Part shown: positions 36,429 to 48,100 of the stretch, piece by piece
How positions within the stretch are numbered: the stretch's first letter is position 1
Layout of the letters: the number at the start of each line of letters is the position of its first letter
NCBI RefSeq assembly: GCF_006345805.1
Contig: NC_042999.1
Coordinates: 87,048,001 to 87,112,000 of the forward strand
Direction of reading: 5' to 3'
DNA length: 64,000 nucleotides
Source: Octopus sinensis
Taxonomy: Eukaryota
Translations under genes and position numbers: made by a program
Notes under the pieces: generated by a model
The model's database searches: none
The model's input: the letters and a program-made list of their open reading frames with translations, nothing else
What the model was told of the DNA's origin: nothing

Positions 36429-37545
36429 GAGACAGAGAGAGACAGACAGACAGAGGCAGACAGACAGACAGGCATATAGACAGACAGACAGGCATATAGA
36501 CAGACAGACAGGCATATAGACAGACAGACAGGCATATAGACAGACAGACACATATAGACAGACAGACACATATAGACAGACAGACACATATAGACAGACA
36601 GACACATATAGACAGACAGACACATATAGACAGACAGACACATATAGACAGACAGACACATATAGACAGACAGACACATATAGACAGACAGACACATATA
36701 GACAGACAGACACATATAGACAGACAGACACATATAGACAGACAGACACATATAGACAGACAGACACATATAGACAGACAGACACATATAGACAGACAGA
36801 CACATATAGACAGACAGACACATATAGACAGACAGACACATATAGACAGACAGACACATATAGACAGACAGACACATAGACAGACAGACAGAGACACACA
36901 GACAGACAGAGACACGCATAGACAGACAGAGACACGCATAGACAGACAGAGACACACATAGACAGACAGAGACACACATAGACAGACAGAGACACACATA
37001 GACAGACAGAGACACACATAGACAGACAGAGACACACATAGACAGACAGAGACACACATAGACAGACAGAGACACACAGACAGACAGAGACACACAGACA
37101 GACAGAGACACACAGACAGACAGAGACACACAGACAGACAGAGACACACAGACAGACAGAGACACACATAGACAGACAGACAGAGACACACATAGACAGA
37201 CAGAGACACACATAGACAGACAGAGACACACATAGACAGACAGAGACACACATAGACAGACAGAGACACACATAGACAGACAGAGACACACATAGACAGA
37301 CAGAGACACATATAGACAGACAGAGACACATATAGACAGACAGAGACACATATAGACAGACAGAGACACATATAGACAGACAGAGACACATATAGACATA
37401 GATAGACAGACAGACAGACATAGACAGACAGACAGACAGACACAGACAGATATAGACAGACACAGACAGACATAGATAGACAGATAGACAGACAGGCATA
37501 GATAGACAGATAGACAGACAGACAGGCATATATAGATAGATGTTT
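36426..37545. repeat. 1.1-kb compound (GACA)n-based minisatellite with 18- and 20-bp higher-order units
   Basis: Blocks of GACAGACAGACACATATA and GACAGACAGAGACACACATA; the ORF track shows 6-aa periodicity (CLSICV). Confidence 0.97.
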
Positions 37546-39311
37546 GAGGTAATAGATCCAAAAGTATATGGACAGACCAGCTTTCTAAGACAAGGTAAAG
37601 CAAAAAAGTAGTAATAATGGTTGAGAGTTAAGAACACACTGCTAGTAGAACTAAAGCAAGACCCAACTATGTATACGGAGAGATAAATGTTAAATATAAG
37701 AAATATAAGAAAACCTGCCAGTGTTTTCTCATTTGCTGAGCTGATCAGAAGAATTAATGTAATGTGATTCCAGCTGTTCCTGGTAGTTCACTCTGATTTC
37801 ATGACCCTGAGTAGATGCGAAATAAATTTCACTCCAGATAAGATGTTAATCTATCACAGGTAACATTTTCTGATCTCCCTGCTATTTTTCTCCAGACATC
37901 TCTATGATCCAAAGCGATGTGTTATGCCTAGAAATGCAAAAAGTTTGCAGTCCAAGCATGGCAATATCATAGTTCATTTACAGAAGGTAATGAAATTTTA
38001 AAAGTCTCAAATAATTGCATCAAATTTTGAGCAGGTTAAGATGAGATTTAAATGGGGTCTGTGTTTGTACTAAGATACACACATTTCTAGAAAAAGTGTA
38101 TGAAGGAAACCTGTAAAGGAAACCTACAACCTGTTATGTTAATCAGTATTTTAATGGTCAATGTAGAAAACTAGGTGAGGATTAGACTACTCAGATTATG
38201 TATGACAATATCTAAAAAAACAAAGGGCCAGAGCTGACAATAGAAGTGAGTGAGTGACTTAATGTACAAGCAAATGCTCAGCAAAGCACTTTCATCAAAC
38301 CTCTTTTCTTCATAGTCTTCAATATTATCACACAGGATTTCAGACCTGGAAACTGAAGAGAGCTTCTATACACTGCAGAATCTATAATGAACTCCAACAA
38401 TATTAGACTTCAAAGAATGGACTATGTCGAAGATATGACGGTGAACATAGCTACTTAGTTCAGAGCACAATAGCTAAACAAAGAAATTATTCATTCTTGG
38501 TGTGCAGGAAAAAGTGGATAAACACTCAAGAAAGAGTACAGTGATGTTAATTAGAAAGCATAATTTTAGGTGCATCCAACATACTGAAGTAGCTATCACG
38601 ACTGCTAAGAACAGAATACCATAGACTAGACTATTTAGATGGCTTGTTGAAAATAACAGATAAAATCTGTCACCTAGCACAGAGACTAGGGCTCAAGATG
38701 TTCAGCAAAATTGATGAGTATGTAAAAGTATGATGCTATACAGAAGTGAGGCATAAGCCATAAATGAAACTGCTGATGGATGCTTTGTACAGACTGAGTA
38801 CAAATGAATTGGGAAAAAATGATTAAGTAACAAAAGCATATGTTACAGTATGAAAAGATTACTTTTGATTAGGTCATGTGAACAGAGGAATATTAAATGT
38901 TAAGTGAAAAGGTACTTTCAACAGGAAATGAAAAACACCACTGGTAGAGATAAACTAAATAAGGCCTGAGAAGTTAGATCAGCTCTGAGAACACTAAACC
39001 TAAAGAAAACATGGCACAAGATCAGTCTTATCTGTAGAAAATACATATTAAAACAATACATGGTTCATTTCAGTCATAACAGAAATTTTTCCCATCAACA
39101 AAGTTTCAAACAGCAATGAAATATGTGAAGTAGGAAGAAGTGTAGCATAAGCAAGTCAGAAAGAACGTGAATACTGAAGTCACTGGTTGAAAGAGAGATA
39201 GAGATATTTCATTTTTAATATGACACAGGAATAACTTAGTGAAATGTACTACCTTTGTTTCAATTAGTTTTTAAAATTTGAAGAATTTATTAAATAACTA
39301 TCATTATTCAG

Positions 39312-39590
39312 GTGTCTTATGGAGGCGATGACAAGAGATGGAGACTTTTGGTAATTTGCTGTGCTTGAGAGGACAGGTCAAGTTAGGCGAAATTGTAGTC
39401 ATGGTCAGTGCCAGCGACACGTTAGAGGCACCCATCACACTATGGAGCGATTGGCATTAGGAAGGGCATCCAACTTTGAAGCCAAATTGAAACAGACTAG
39501 AGCCCAGTCCAACTCTTCGGCTTACAAGTTCCCGTCAAAACCATCTAACCCACACCAGCATGGAAAAATTGGATGCTAAATGACAATGAT
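39312..39590 (+). mobile_element. RTE 3'-end fragment
   Basis: GCTGTGCTTGAGAGGAC...GGCATTAGGAAGGGCATCCA...CCAGCATGGAAAAATTGGATGCTAAATGACAATGAT. Confidence 0.75.
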
Positions 39591-40804
39591 TATTAAGCCA
39601 GTGTTTGGAAAATAAATTAGCAAGAAATTTTGAAGGCAGGTTTTAATTTAAGTCACTTTAGAACACTTGTATCACAAAACTAAAGGTATTCTCAGGCAGG
39701 TTGATATCAAAAGGGTTAAATTCACATTCAACACCAAATAACTCTTAACTTTTATTTAGGGCTTTAAATGTGTTAAAGTATTTGAGAAAAAGTGCAAATG
39801 TTAATTATAAATAAAGGATTGTTGAACTGTTAATACACCAATCAAATAGTCAGACAATGCTGTCCAAAGTGTTTTTGTTAAATACTCAAGGATTACATAT
39901 CAGGAACAGGAGAAACAGGATTGTTCAACAGGAAATTTAACAATGCCCAACATGTCAGGTTTGAATCAAGAAGAAAGCAAAGAAGATTGTAACATAACTA
40001 TTTGGTAACTAATAAATGCGAGTCTGAATGTGAAACCTGTTAAGAGATCAATAAAATAAATACTATTAAAAAACTAGGATAAATGATTAAATATTGAAAC
40101 TATCTGACATTTGCTTAGCTAATATAATGCTATTTGATCAAAATACTAGGGGCTGCACAGCAAATACAGTCAATTTACAAACTAAACAACAATTGAAATA
40201 GTAGAACTTGTAGCACAACCCATTTTTCCTGTAAGTCACTGGAAATAAGGTTTCAAAAAATGTACACCAGTATAAATACAAAAGGAAAAGAATGCCAGCT
40301 AAACCAATCTAAAAAGTAATATTAATCAATACAAGACATAGATTTACTATTTAGCACCACATAGTCTAACAATGTAAACATTTATTATACCAGATAACAA
40401 ATTCAGAATAGAATGATATATAAATGTTAAAAGCAACACGTTGCAACCCAAGTGAAAAGATTACCCACATATACATTTATCAATGAACTAAATCAAATAG
40501 TGACTGAAGACTATATCTGAAAAATTCAAACTTCTCTACAAATCAGGAACATACTGTACACAAAGTCTGGCTTTGTCTGGGGCAATAATGACTCAAATAT
40601 AAACAAGTTTTATCAATACTCCAAACATCAACACAGCATACATGCTCAATAATACAAACAACATACTTAAATTTGAAGTGCCACGTAAATTGAACCCTTA
40701 CTGGGAGCAGAAAAATAAAACCTGAAGACTGGCTGAAAACTGTACAACTAAAAATAGAATAAGATTGTAAAATCACAACTACTGCTAGGCCTCACAATCA
40801 TTGA

Positions 40805-41100
40805 AGATTTCTTCTAGTGATCTCACATTTGAAACATTAGTAAAAACAACAGCCTAAAGGTGGGGCTTACTCTTCCACGCCTGATAATACTTTAGCTTCA
40901 ACAGTTGCAAACCCTGCTTCCACATTAGGGATGGTGCACTTGCCACCTACACACACACCTACATACACACACCTACATACACAAAGGAAAGAGCACTTAA
41001 CTGATTGCCTTAGAGCTGCTCACCAACACATTCTAGTCTCTGGCCCACAAATGTACTGCACCCTTACTCTACGTTTGTTGTTGCTATAGCTAAAGATGGA
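40805..41100 (+). mobile_element. Decayed CR1-like LINE fragment
   Basis: SSDLTF-like remnant, then a region similar to 16930-16990 (CTGATT...CTCACCA...CTGGCCCAC). Confidence 0.45.
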
Positions 41101-41396
41101 ATGAAACTAACTAACTCTTTGAAGAGCTGGCTAATCTTGTAACACCTCTAACCAGGCCTACCAGATTTACCGATCTCTCCTCTTGTCTCCTATGGTGCAC
41201 CAACTCCACTGGATCCCTCACTAACTACTATGGACAATCTTATCTCTCAACTGAATGTTTATCATCTGAAATTCCATCCTGCCAAGTTTTTCTCACAGTT
41301 ACCAATTTGCATTAATCTCACTAGTCTCAGAGGGTTTTCAAAGCCCATAGGGACAGACTTTTCCTTTAAACTAGGAAAAAAAAAAAAAAAAAACCA

Positions 41397-41896
41397 TTAA
41401 CATTTGACAGATATTTGTCCTCATCTTGTTTGTTAACAAGTTTTGGCTGATGTACTCTCCAGCCTTCATCGGGTGTCTTAGGGGAATTTCGAACCTGGGT
41501 TCTCATTCCTAAGGTATTTTTCCGATATTATTATTCAGGTCACTACCGGGAATCAAACTTGGAATCTTGGGGTTAGTAACCTGCACTCGTGACCACAATG
41601 CCATATGCCCAGTCATATGGCATAGTGGTTAGTAGCCCGCACTCATAACCACTATGGCATATGCCTGTGGGCATAGTGGAGTGCAGGCTACTAACCCCAA
41701 GATTCCGAGTTTGATTCCCGGTAGTGACCTGAATAATAATATCGGAAAAATACCTTAGGAATGAGAACCCAGGTTCGAAATTCTCCCAAGACACCTGATG
41801 AAAGCTGGAGAGTACATCAGCCAAAACTTGTTAAACAAGATGAGGACAAATATCTGTCTAATGTAAATAATTCCTCATCTCTCAAATATAGAACTG
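41397..41896. mobile_element. Head-to-head palindromic element: tRNA-Arg-like Pol III head plus Penelope-type hammerhead ribozyme tail
   Basis: Arms ~41397-41610 and ~41665-41866 are near-perfect reverse complements. A-box TGGCATAGTGG (41618-41628), B-box-like GTTTGATTCC (41709-41718). GACAC-CTGATGA-A(A/G)GCTG-loop-CAGCC-AAAAC at 41790-41827, mirrored at 41435-41477. Confidence 0.8.
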
Positions 41897-42204
41897 TATT
41901 TTAAAAAATTAATAGTCCAAAAATAGCTTACAGTACTGATATAGAATGTTAAGAAAAAGCATCAGAAGTTACTGCATTGTTAATCATCTTTACACTTTTA
42001 AAATATTCTGTATTCATTAATAGCAATTACTTGATCAAAAATTTAAAAATCAAAAATTTCAAAAGGTGGGATATCAGAGTGTCCTAACAGGATCTAAATT
42101 TCATGTGTTCTATATAACTCAAATTATTAAATAAAAAAAAAATTCTGAAATGTGTTACAGATATGGTTTCCTTCCTGAAACATTGGGACATTTCCAAACA
42201 AACA

Positions 42205-42435
42205 ACTAATTGCTTGTTTGTAAATTAGGTACAAGGCTGGCAGTTTTGAACAGAGAGAAGTCAGTTGATTACATCAACTCCTGTATTTCACTGATACATT
42301 CTTTAACCAGCCCATAGGATTGAAAGGCAAAACTGACCTCAGCAAGATTTAAACTCAGAATGTAAAAACCAAAAAGAAATACAATGCATTTTGTCCAATC
42401 CTCTAACCATTCTGCCAACTGACCACCCTGCAAAC
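42205..42435 (-). mobile_element. Decayed SINE of the GGTGAGCTGGCAGAA-head family with the alternative tail
   Basis: GGATTGAAAGGCAAAACTGACCTC...TTTAAACTCAGAATG...CCATTCTGCCAACTGACCACC. Confidence 0.7.
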
Positions 42436-42779
42436 CACTAATCAAAAATCTTTGTGTCTAGTTCTGATTGTTGATGTATTTGCTATTGTTTCCAGCTATA
42501 TCTATTTTCAGGAAATTACAAATATATTTCATTTGAATTAGCAATAAGTAAAAAAAAAAAAGAAAAAAAAAGAAAAAAGTATTTGGCCAGGAAGGAAACA
42601 TGAAAATGTAGACAGGAACTGAAATACAAACTATAAAAATTATAGATTTAGTTTCAAGATATGCATTCACAAGGTATAACTGATAGTAATGCACAGACCA
42701 CAAATATAAACATTAAGGTAATGCATGATATTGTACTAAAATTATAAGCCAAAATCTTGGTAATTATTCTTCGAACAAT

Positions 42780-43070
42780 TTGATCAAGGGCTGTGTCCAC
42801 AACCTTTGCAAGAATTTGAAAACTTGACAGCTACTAAACATCAGTGAAGTGATTTAAGAGGACTTATATGGAAGAATAACTGGGTCAAGCAATTGGGTTA
42901 AAAAGGCAAACAAAACAGATAAGAGGAGTCAGGTGTGCCTTAGTGGATATGGCATGAGACCAGCCAAATCAGAGGAGCTAAGGTCGTTGTAATACTGGCA
43001 GATAAGGTAGGATATGGGAAAAGGTTGGAGATAGTTATTGAGCAAGTTCGTGCCAACCAGCCAGAGGCCT
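42780..43070 (-). mobile_element. Decayed CR1-like LINE fragment
   Basis: Reverse complement contains GATTTGGCTGGTCTCATGCCATATCC, shared with 27640-27670. Confidence 0.5.
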
Positions 43071-43909
43071 TTTTTCTTAATGCAGACTAATATATCTGTA
43101 TATGTAATAGCAACACTGACCCAGACATAGACCAGTGTTTCATTGTCTCAACTTCTATAGAATTAGTTACTCAAGAGGTGAAGCATTTTTTGGCCTTCAA
43201 AAATAAGGTAAGTTTTTGCTACCTTGAATATTGAAATTGCCAAGAGATATCAACAATGGAAAGGCATGGCATTTGTAGAGACACTGTAGGGTCTCATTGC
43301 ATGCTGTCCATGTTTAGTGGGAGTACAACACTGTTTTTATCATGTGAATTTGTACTGTAGAAAGAAACATGGTTGACATGACCTACTGGAGTAGGTTTTC
43401 AATGTTTCTATTAATAGAGTCAACACAGTCTTGTTGAGGTGACTGGGTTGCATGTAGTTAATCCCTGTATGTGGAGAAGTGGAACATGGTATAAGAGTGA
43501 ATGTTTTAAGCAGTGGCAAGTAGGTCATTGATGTACATACAGGCAGATAAGTATGAAAGATGAAACAAAACCTCAGGGCACACAAGGGCAGAGAGTTTGA
43601 GTCAGGTAGAGCTCTAGCAGCACATAATGAGATGATGCAATAAAAGTTATCAGGGTTATTGAAAAATGAAAAAAAAAAAGTAATGATTACTACCCACAGC
43701 AAGCCACTAAATATGTGGATCACCAAAAATATTTAAACCAGTTTCCCTTAAGCCAACAGTCCATTGCAGAGGTTCAGTAAATGCCAATTTGTTTTCCTCA
43801 AACTGCAAAGCATTGTTACTGATACTAATGATTCCAGCAATAAAAGAAAAATTTTAGAGTTGGAAACAATGCTTTGCAGTATTCATTTTGGTTCTTTATA
43901 TTTTATAAT

Positions 43910-44300
43910 GCAGACATGGCAGTGCAGTTGTGAAGCTTGCTTTCCCACCATATGGTTTCAGGTTCAGTCCCACTGTACAACACCTTCAGCAAATGTCTTC
44001 TCTGAGCCTGAGCCAACAAAGATATGGGAGTGAATTTGGTAGACAGACACTGAAAGAAACTGGCAACCTGGGCATGTGTGTGTGCACCTACGTACCCCTG
44101 TCTTGATATGATGTGATGGTTGTAAATGAATGCCACCATCATACAAGTGATGTTAATTTCATGTTTGTAGTGAAAAGACATGGCTGGCATGGGAAAATAT
44201 TTTACTAGTGAACAAGTGATGATTGGTGAATCTGCCTTAAATTCTGACTAACCCATGCAAGCATCACAAAGTTGATGTTGAAATGACAACAACAATGATT
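43910..44300 (+). mobile_element. Full-length SINE: tRNA head, CORE-like body, (TG)n, RTE-type tail
   Basis: CAGGTTCAGTCCCACTG...GGTAGACAGACACTGAAAGAA...CCCATGCAAGCATCACAAAGTTGATGTTGAAATGACAACAACAATGAT. Confidence 0.75.
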
Positions 44301-44859
44301 CCAAGCATTTACATACACATGGCTTAAATCTCATTTTGTGCAACTGTTCCAGAATGAAAACATGTTAGATAGGCACAAGTTTGAAATTGATAAAGCTTTA
44401 TGACTGAACCGAGGTGGAAAACAACAAAACAGGGAAACAACAAAAGATGGCCACCTGTAAACATAAAAATGTTGACTGTTATAAGAATAGCAAGAATGCA
44501 AGAGGTGGCATATCAACAATTTAAAGAAATGTCCACAAGTTTTCAATCACGAGTTACAATTAACATATGGAACAGTTTAAAGATATAGCTCTGAGAATTG
44601 CAAATTTAGGAAGACACCTAAGTCATATTGGACCATACTAAGTCCGGGTATGAATCTATACAGTTCATTGCAATAAGAAAAAATTATAATATACCAATCC
44701 TAAATGCACAAGAACAGGTGTCAAAACATTCAGTAGACTGTCTAAATGAAACTCTCAACATCTTTAAAAAACCAGACATGTATCTCTTCAATTGAGAGGT
44801 CTACAATTATCTGCTACAATATTATTCTTGGAAAAAAAGAAAAATCATCTCCACTTCAA

Positions 44860-45150
44860 ACATGGCTGTGTGGTAAAAGGTTTGCTTCCCAGCCACATGA
44901 GTTCAGTCCCATTGTGTGGTACGATGGGCAATTGTCTTCTACTATAGCCTTGGGCTGACAAAAAAACCCTGAGTTAATTTAGTAGATAGAAACTGGAAGA
45001 AACTCACCAAGTATGTGGTGGTGTCCTTGACAACTGCTGTTGGTTCATTTACAATGCCATAAGTTAGTGGGGTTTGGCAAAAGGGATTGACAGAATATGT
45101 ACAAGGCTTAAAAATAAGAACTGGTTTTTATTTGTCCAACTAAATCCTTC
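44860..45150 (+). mobile_element. CORE-like SINE
   Basis: CATGGCTGTGTGGTAAAAGGTTTGCTTCCC...GAGTTCAGTCCC...TTGTCTTCTACTATAGCC. Confidence 0.8.
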
Positions 45151-48100
45151 AAGGCGATGTAAAGATACAATGCCTAACCCTGAATACATTTAGAATCCGA
45201 AGAAACTGCCTTATTCTAAGATTCTATCTGAGAAGATGCAAGGTATTTATGATTGCAATAACATTATAAGAGTCAGCATTCAACAATAATACTAGGCATA
45301 AATGTCACACCAAAGTAAGATCCCATGCACTTTTAATAACATCTATTAAAAAGAGGAGGGGGCAAAAAGAATTCTGAAGATAAGATTAAAGCTTAATCAG
45401 AGGTAAACAATAAAGACATACATGTCACAACATATCTTCATCCTCATCATGGTGTAAAAATGACAATTATAAGACAATGCAGGATAAAGATTCTTTTACA
45501 AACAAAAACCTCAGCGAAGGTCATGGAAAATAAAGAGGTTGTGAATACAGTACTGAGTTCAGCAAGATACAGTTAAATTATTGAAATCAAACAGCACACT
45601 GACATGAATTTAAGTTACATGTTGCTGGCAGAGTGAATAAATAATATAAGAAACCTACATAAATAAAGGTATTTGACTTTAATCCCTGTCTGGGGTGTCT
45701 GTTGATGAATGCAGATTAAAGTGAAATGTTGCATGTTACAATAAATGTTTAAATTAAAACACAGAAAAAAAAAAAAAAAGATTAACTTGTTTTGTTAGGC
45801 ATCGACTCATCTACAAAATAACTAGGTATATAATAAGTTATATGCATTTACTTCAGTATATTTCAATTCTGACTTAACCTTTATTTCCAACTGGTGGTGG
45901 TTTGATTTTATTATTTTAATAACATGATTGGAGGTGGAGTGAACCTACCCAACATAAAAATCTCTGGCTTCATAAATATCTAAATACTAGAGTATTGTGT
46001 TCAAAAGTTACCTGATACTAGATGAAGCATGGTGATGGTAATACAAGTTCAATTTTAGACTAGATACCCGAGTATATTTTAACAAAAAGCATCCTTCCTA
46101 TAATAACCAATTATCATTTGTTTTCAACATTGAGAACATAAGCTTACCTAACAATGTAATGAACAAATTTTAAGTAACATGTACACTATCAAAACCTCTA
46201 CCATAAAAATTCCACTTTTATTGACCTTAACTTAGAAAAACTCTTCTTTTTTTTTTTTATCAACAGCCTACACGTACATCTGCACATAATTATATACAAA
46301 TTAAGAGATCTGTACCAGAAAAAAGCCAACGAAGTATCTTTATGCAGGAAAAGTAATCACCCATGAAATGTGTGTGCATGATTCCATATTTTATATATAT
46401 ATATATAAACACCAAAGTATATGAAAAGAGTAGAGGTAATTATAATAATGAGATTGAAAACTTTGGAAAACAAATTCAGTAAGGGATTCAGTGCAATGAA
46501 AAACTACAGTTAACAATATCTTTACTGTGCTCAGTAATAAAACCACACGTGCACATAGCCAATACCAGAGGGAAAGAGTAAGGCTGCTAATAAGTTTTAT
46601 AAAGCATCTTTTTCTTCATTTGAAGAAGAGAATTTGTACAATATTGTACATGAGGGAGAGAAAGAAGTTATTGCAAAACCACCAACTTTAAGAGATTAAA
46701 TAGTGCAAGACTGTATGAACTAAGTGATTGAAAGTCAACTAAGTAAATTGCTAGAGTAAGCGGAAAGCAGGTGTAAATACCCAGGGCAAGTTATTTTAGA
46801 CTTACGCCTTTTAGACTTTGGTTGAAACATCTTGAAGGAAATGCTCCAGTTCTAATTCATTAAAAACAGCCAAGGATTTGTTGTAATATAAGCAGCCAAC
46901 ACCTGCTGATGAGGTCCACAGATTAGGCACTCATTCCAGTCAAAGACCAGAATCCTATCAGAATAATATTTTCAGTTAATTTTTTTTTTCAAAAGAGAAA
47001 AAAAAGCAACAATAAAACAGTATAGGGAGAGAGATAGAGAAACTGTTCAATTAATGTTTATAAAATCTTCTAAGTTAATGGATACATATGAGTTATCAAA
47101 AGATGGTTACCATCTTTGAAAATAAAATGAACTTGCAAAATACACTAATGTATATAGCTTGAGAGATGTCTCCACCACATCCTACAAAGGTTCTGTGCTG
47201 GAAATTAGGTATAAATTATAGGGTCACTGGCAAATTCATATAAACTGCAACTGGCTTTATATTTTAACAAAGTGTGCAATACATTAGATCCAGTTCCAGG
47301 TTATTATACAGCTGTGCTTTTAAGCCTTGAAACTAAGTTTTGTGCAATAATATTGCTTGAAAAAGGAGAAAAAATAAAAACAAAACAATTATAAACTTGC
47401 ATACTATAGTGAGGATTTGGTTTTGAAGACATTAACTACAAAAGCAAGCAAAAAGCATTTATCAAAAGAAAAACAGGTGATAAGCAAAAGTAAAAACAAA
47501 AATATCTCCTTTGTGTTTCTAAAATAAATGGAAAATTCAATTGCTATTTAATAGAAATTAATAAAAATAATCAAGTCCTACTGTCCTGTATTGGTTTCAA
47601 ATCAGTTTTTATTTATCCTCACAGTAAGTACAAAATTCTTTCAAAACGTTTCTGGTGGTGCCTATTTATATGTCACACATTTCAAATACTGTATTTAAAA
47701 TATACTAAAATATACTGTTCAATTAAACAACTGTAGACAAAAAAAAATACTGCTTCAACTGATTCTGCATAAATAAACAGAAAGTGGGTATTTACTTGCC
47801 TTTTACTTATTCTAGCTATTTTTCAACTTCACAGTACATATAATCTTTTAAATGATCTCAAAAGTAGTTCTTCAAATGCTACACAATGCATAAATCTCAT
47901 AATTTTAAAATCCCAAATTATTTAATACTCTAGAATCACAATAGATTCTTAAAGTAACTATCAATAGAGAAAAGGAAGGAATTTAAAATTCACATGAACA
48001 TTTCTCAATTCATTATTGCTACAATTGAACAAGTAAGAGAATATGATTTTTTTTTTCTTTTATTTCTTCTTAATCTTCAAAACTAGAAATTACATCAAAA

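Noticed and set aside
36250-37637. Three overlapping ~400-aa ORFs (minus strand)
   Set aside because: Translations of the (GACA)n array (CLSV repeats); only their ends run into real Tx1 ORF2 sequence.
38300-38960. Possible very old RTE remnant (plus strand)
   Set aside because: Only faint similarity to the LYGSE.W region; too degraded to support.
41612-41730. Functional tRNA gene
   Set aside because: The acceptor stem does not close, the anticodon loop reads ACT, and it is fused to a repeat body; treated as a SINE-type head.
46906-46935. CTGATGAGGTCC hammerhead-like start
   Set aside because: No GAAA after a plausible stem II; the core is incomplete.
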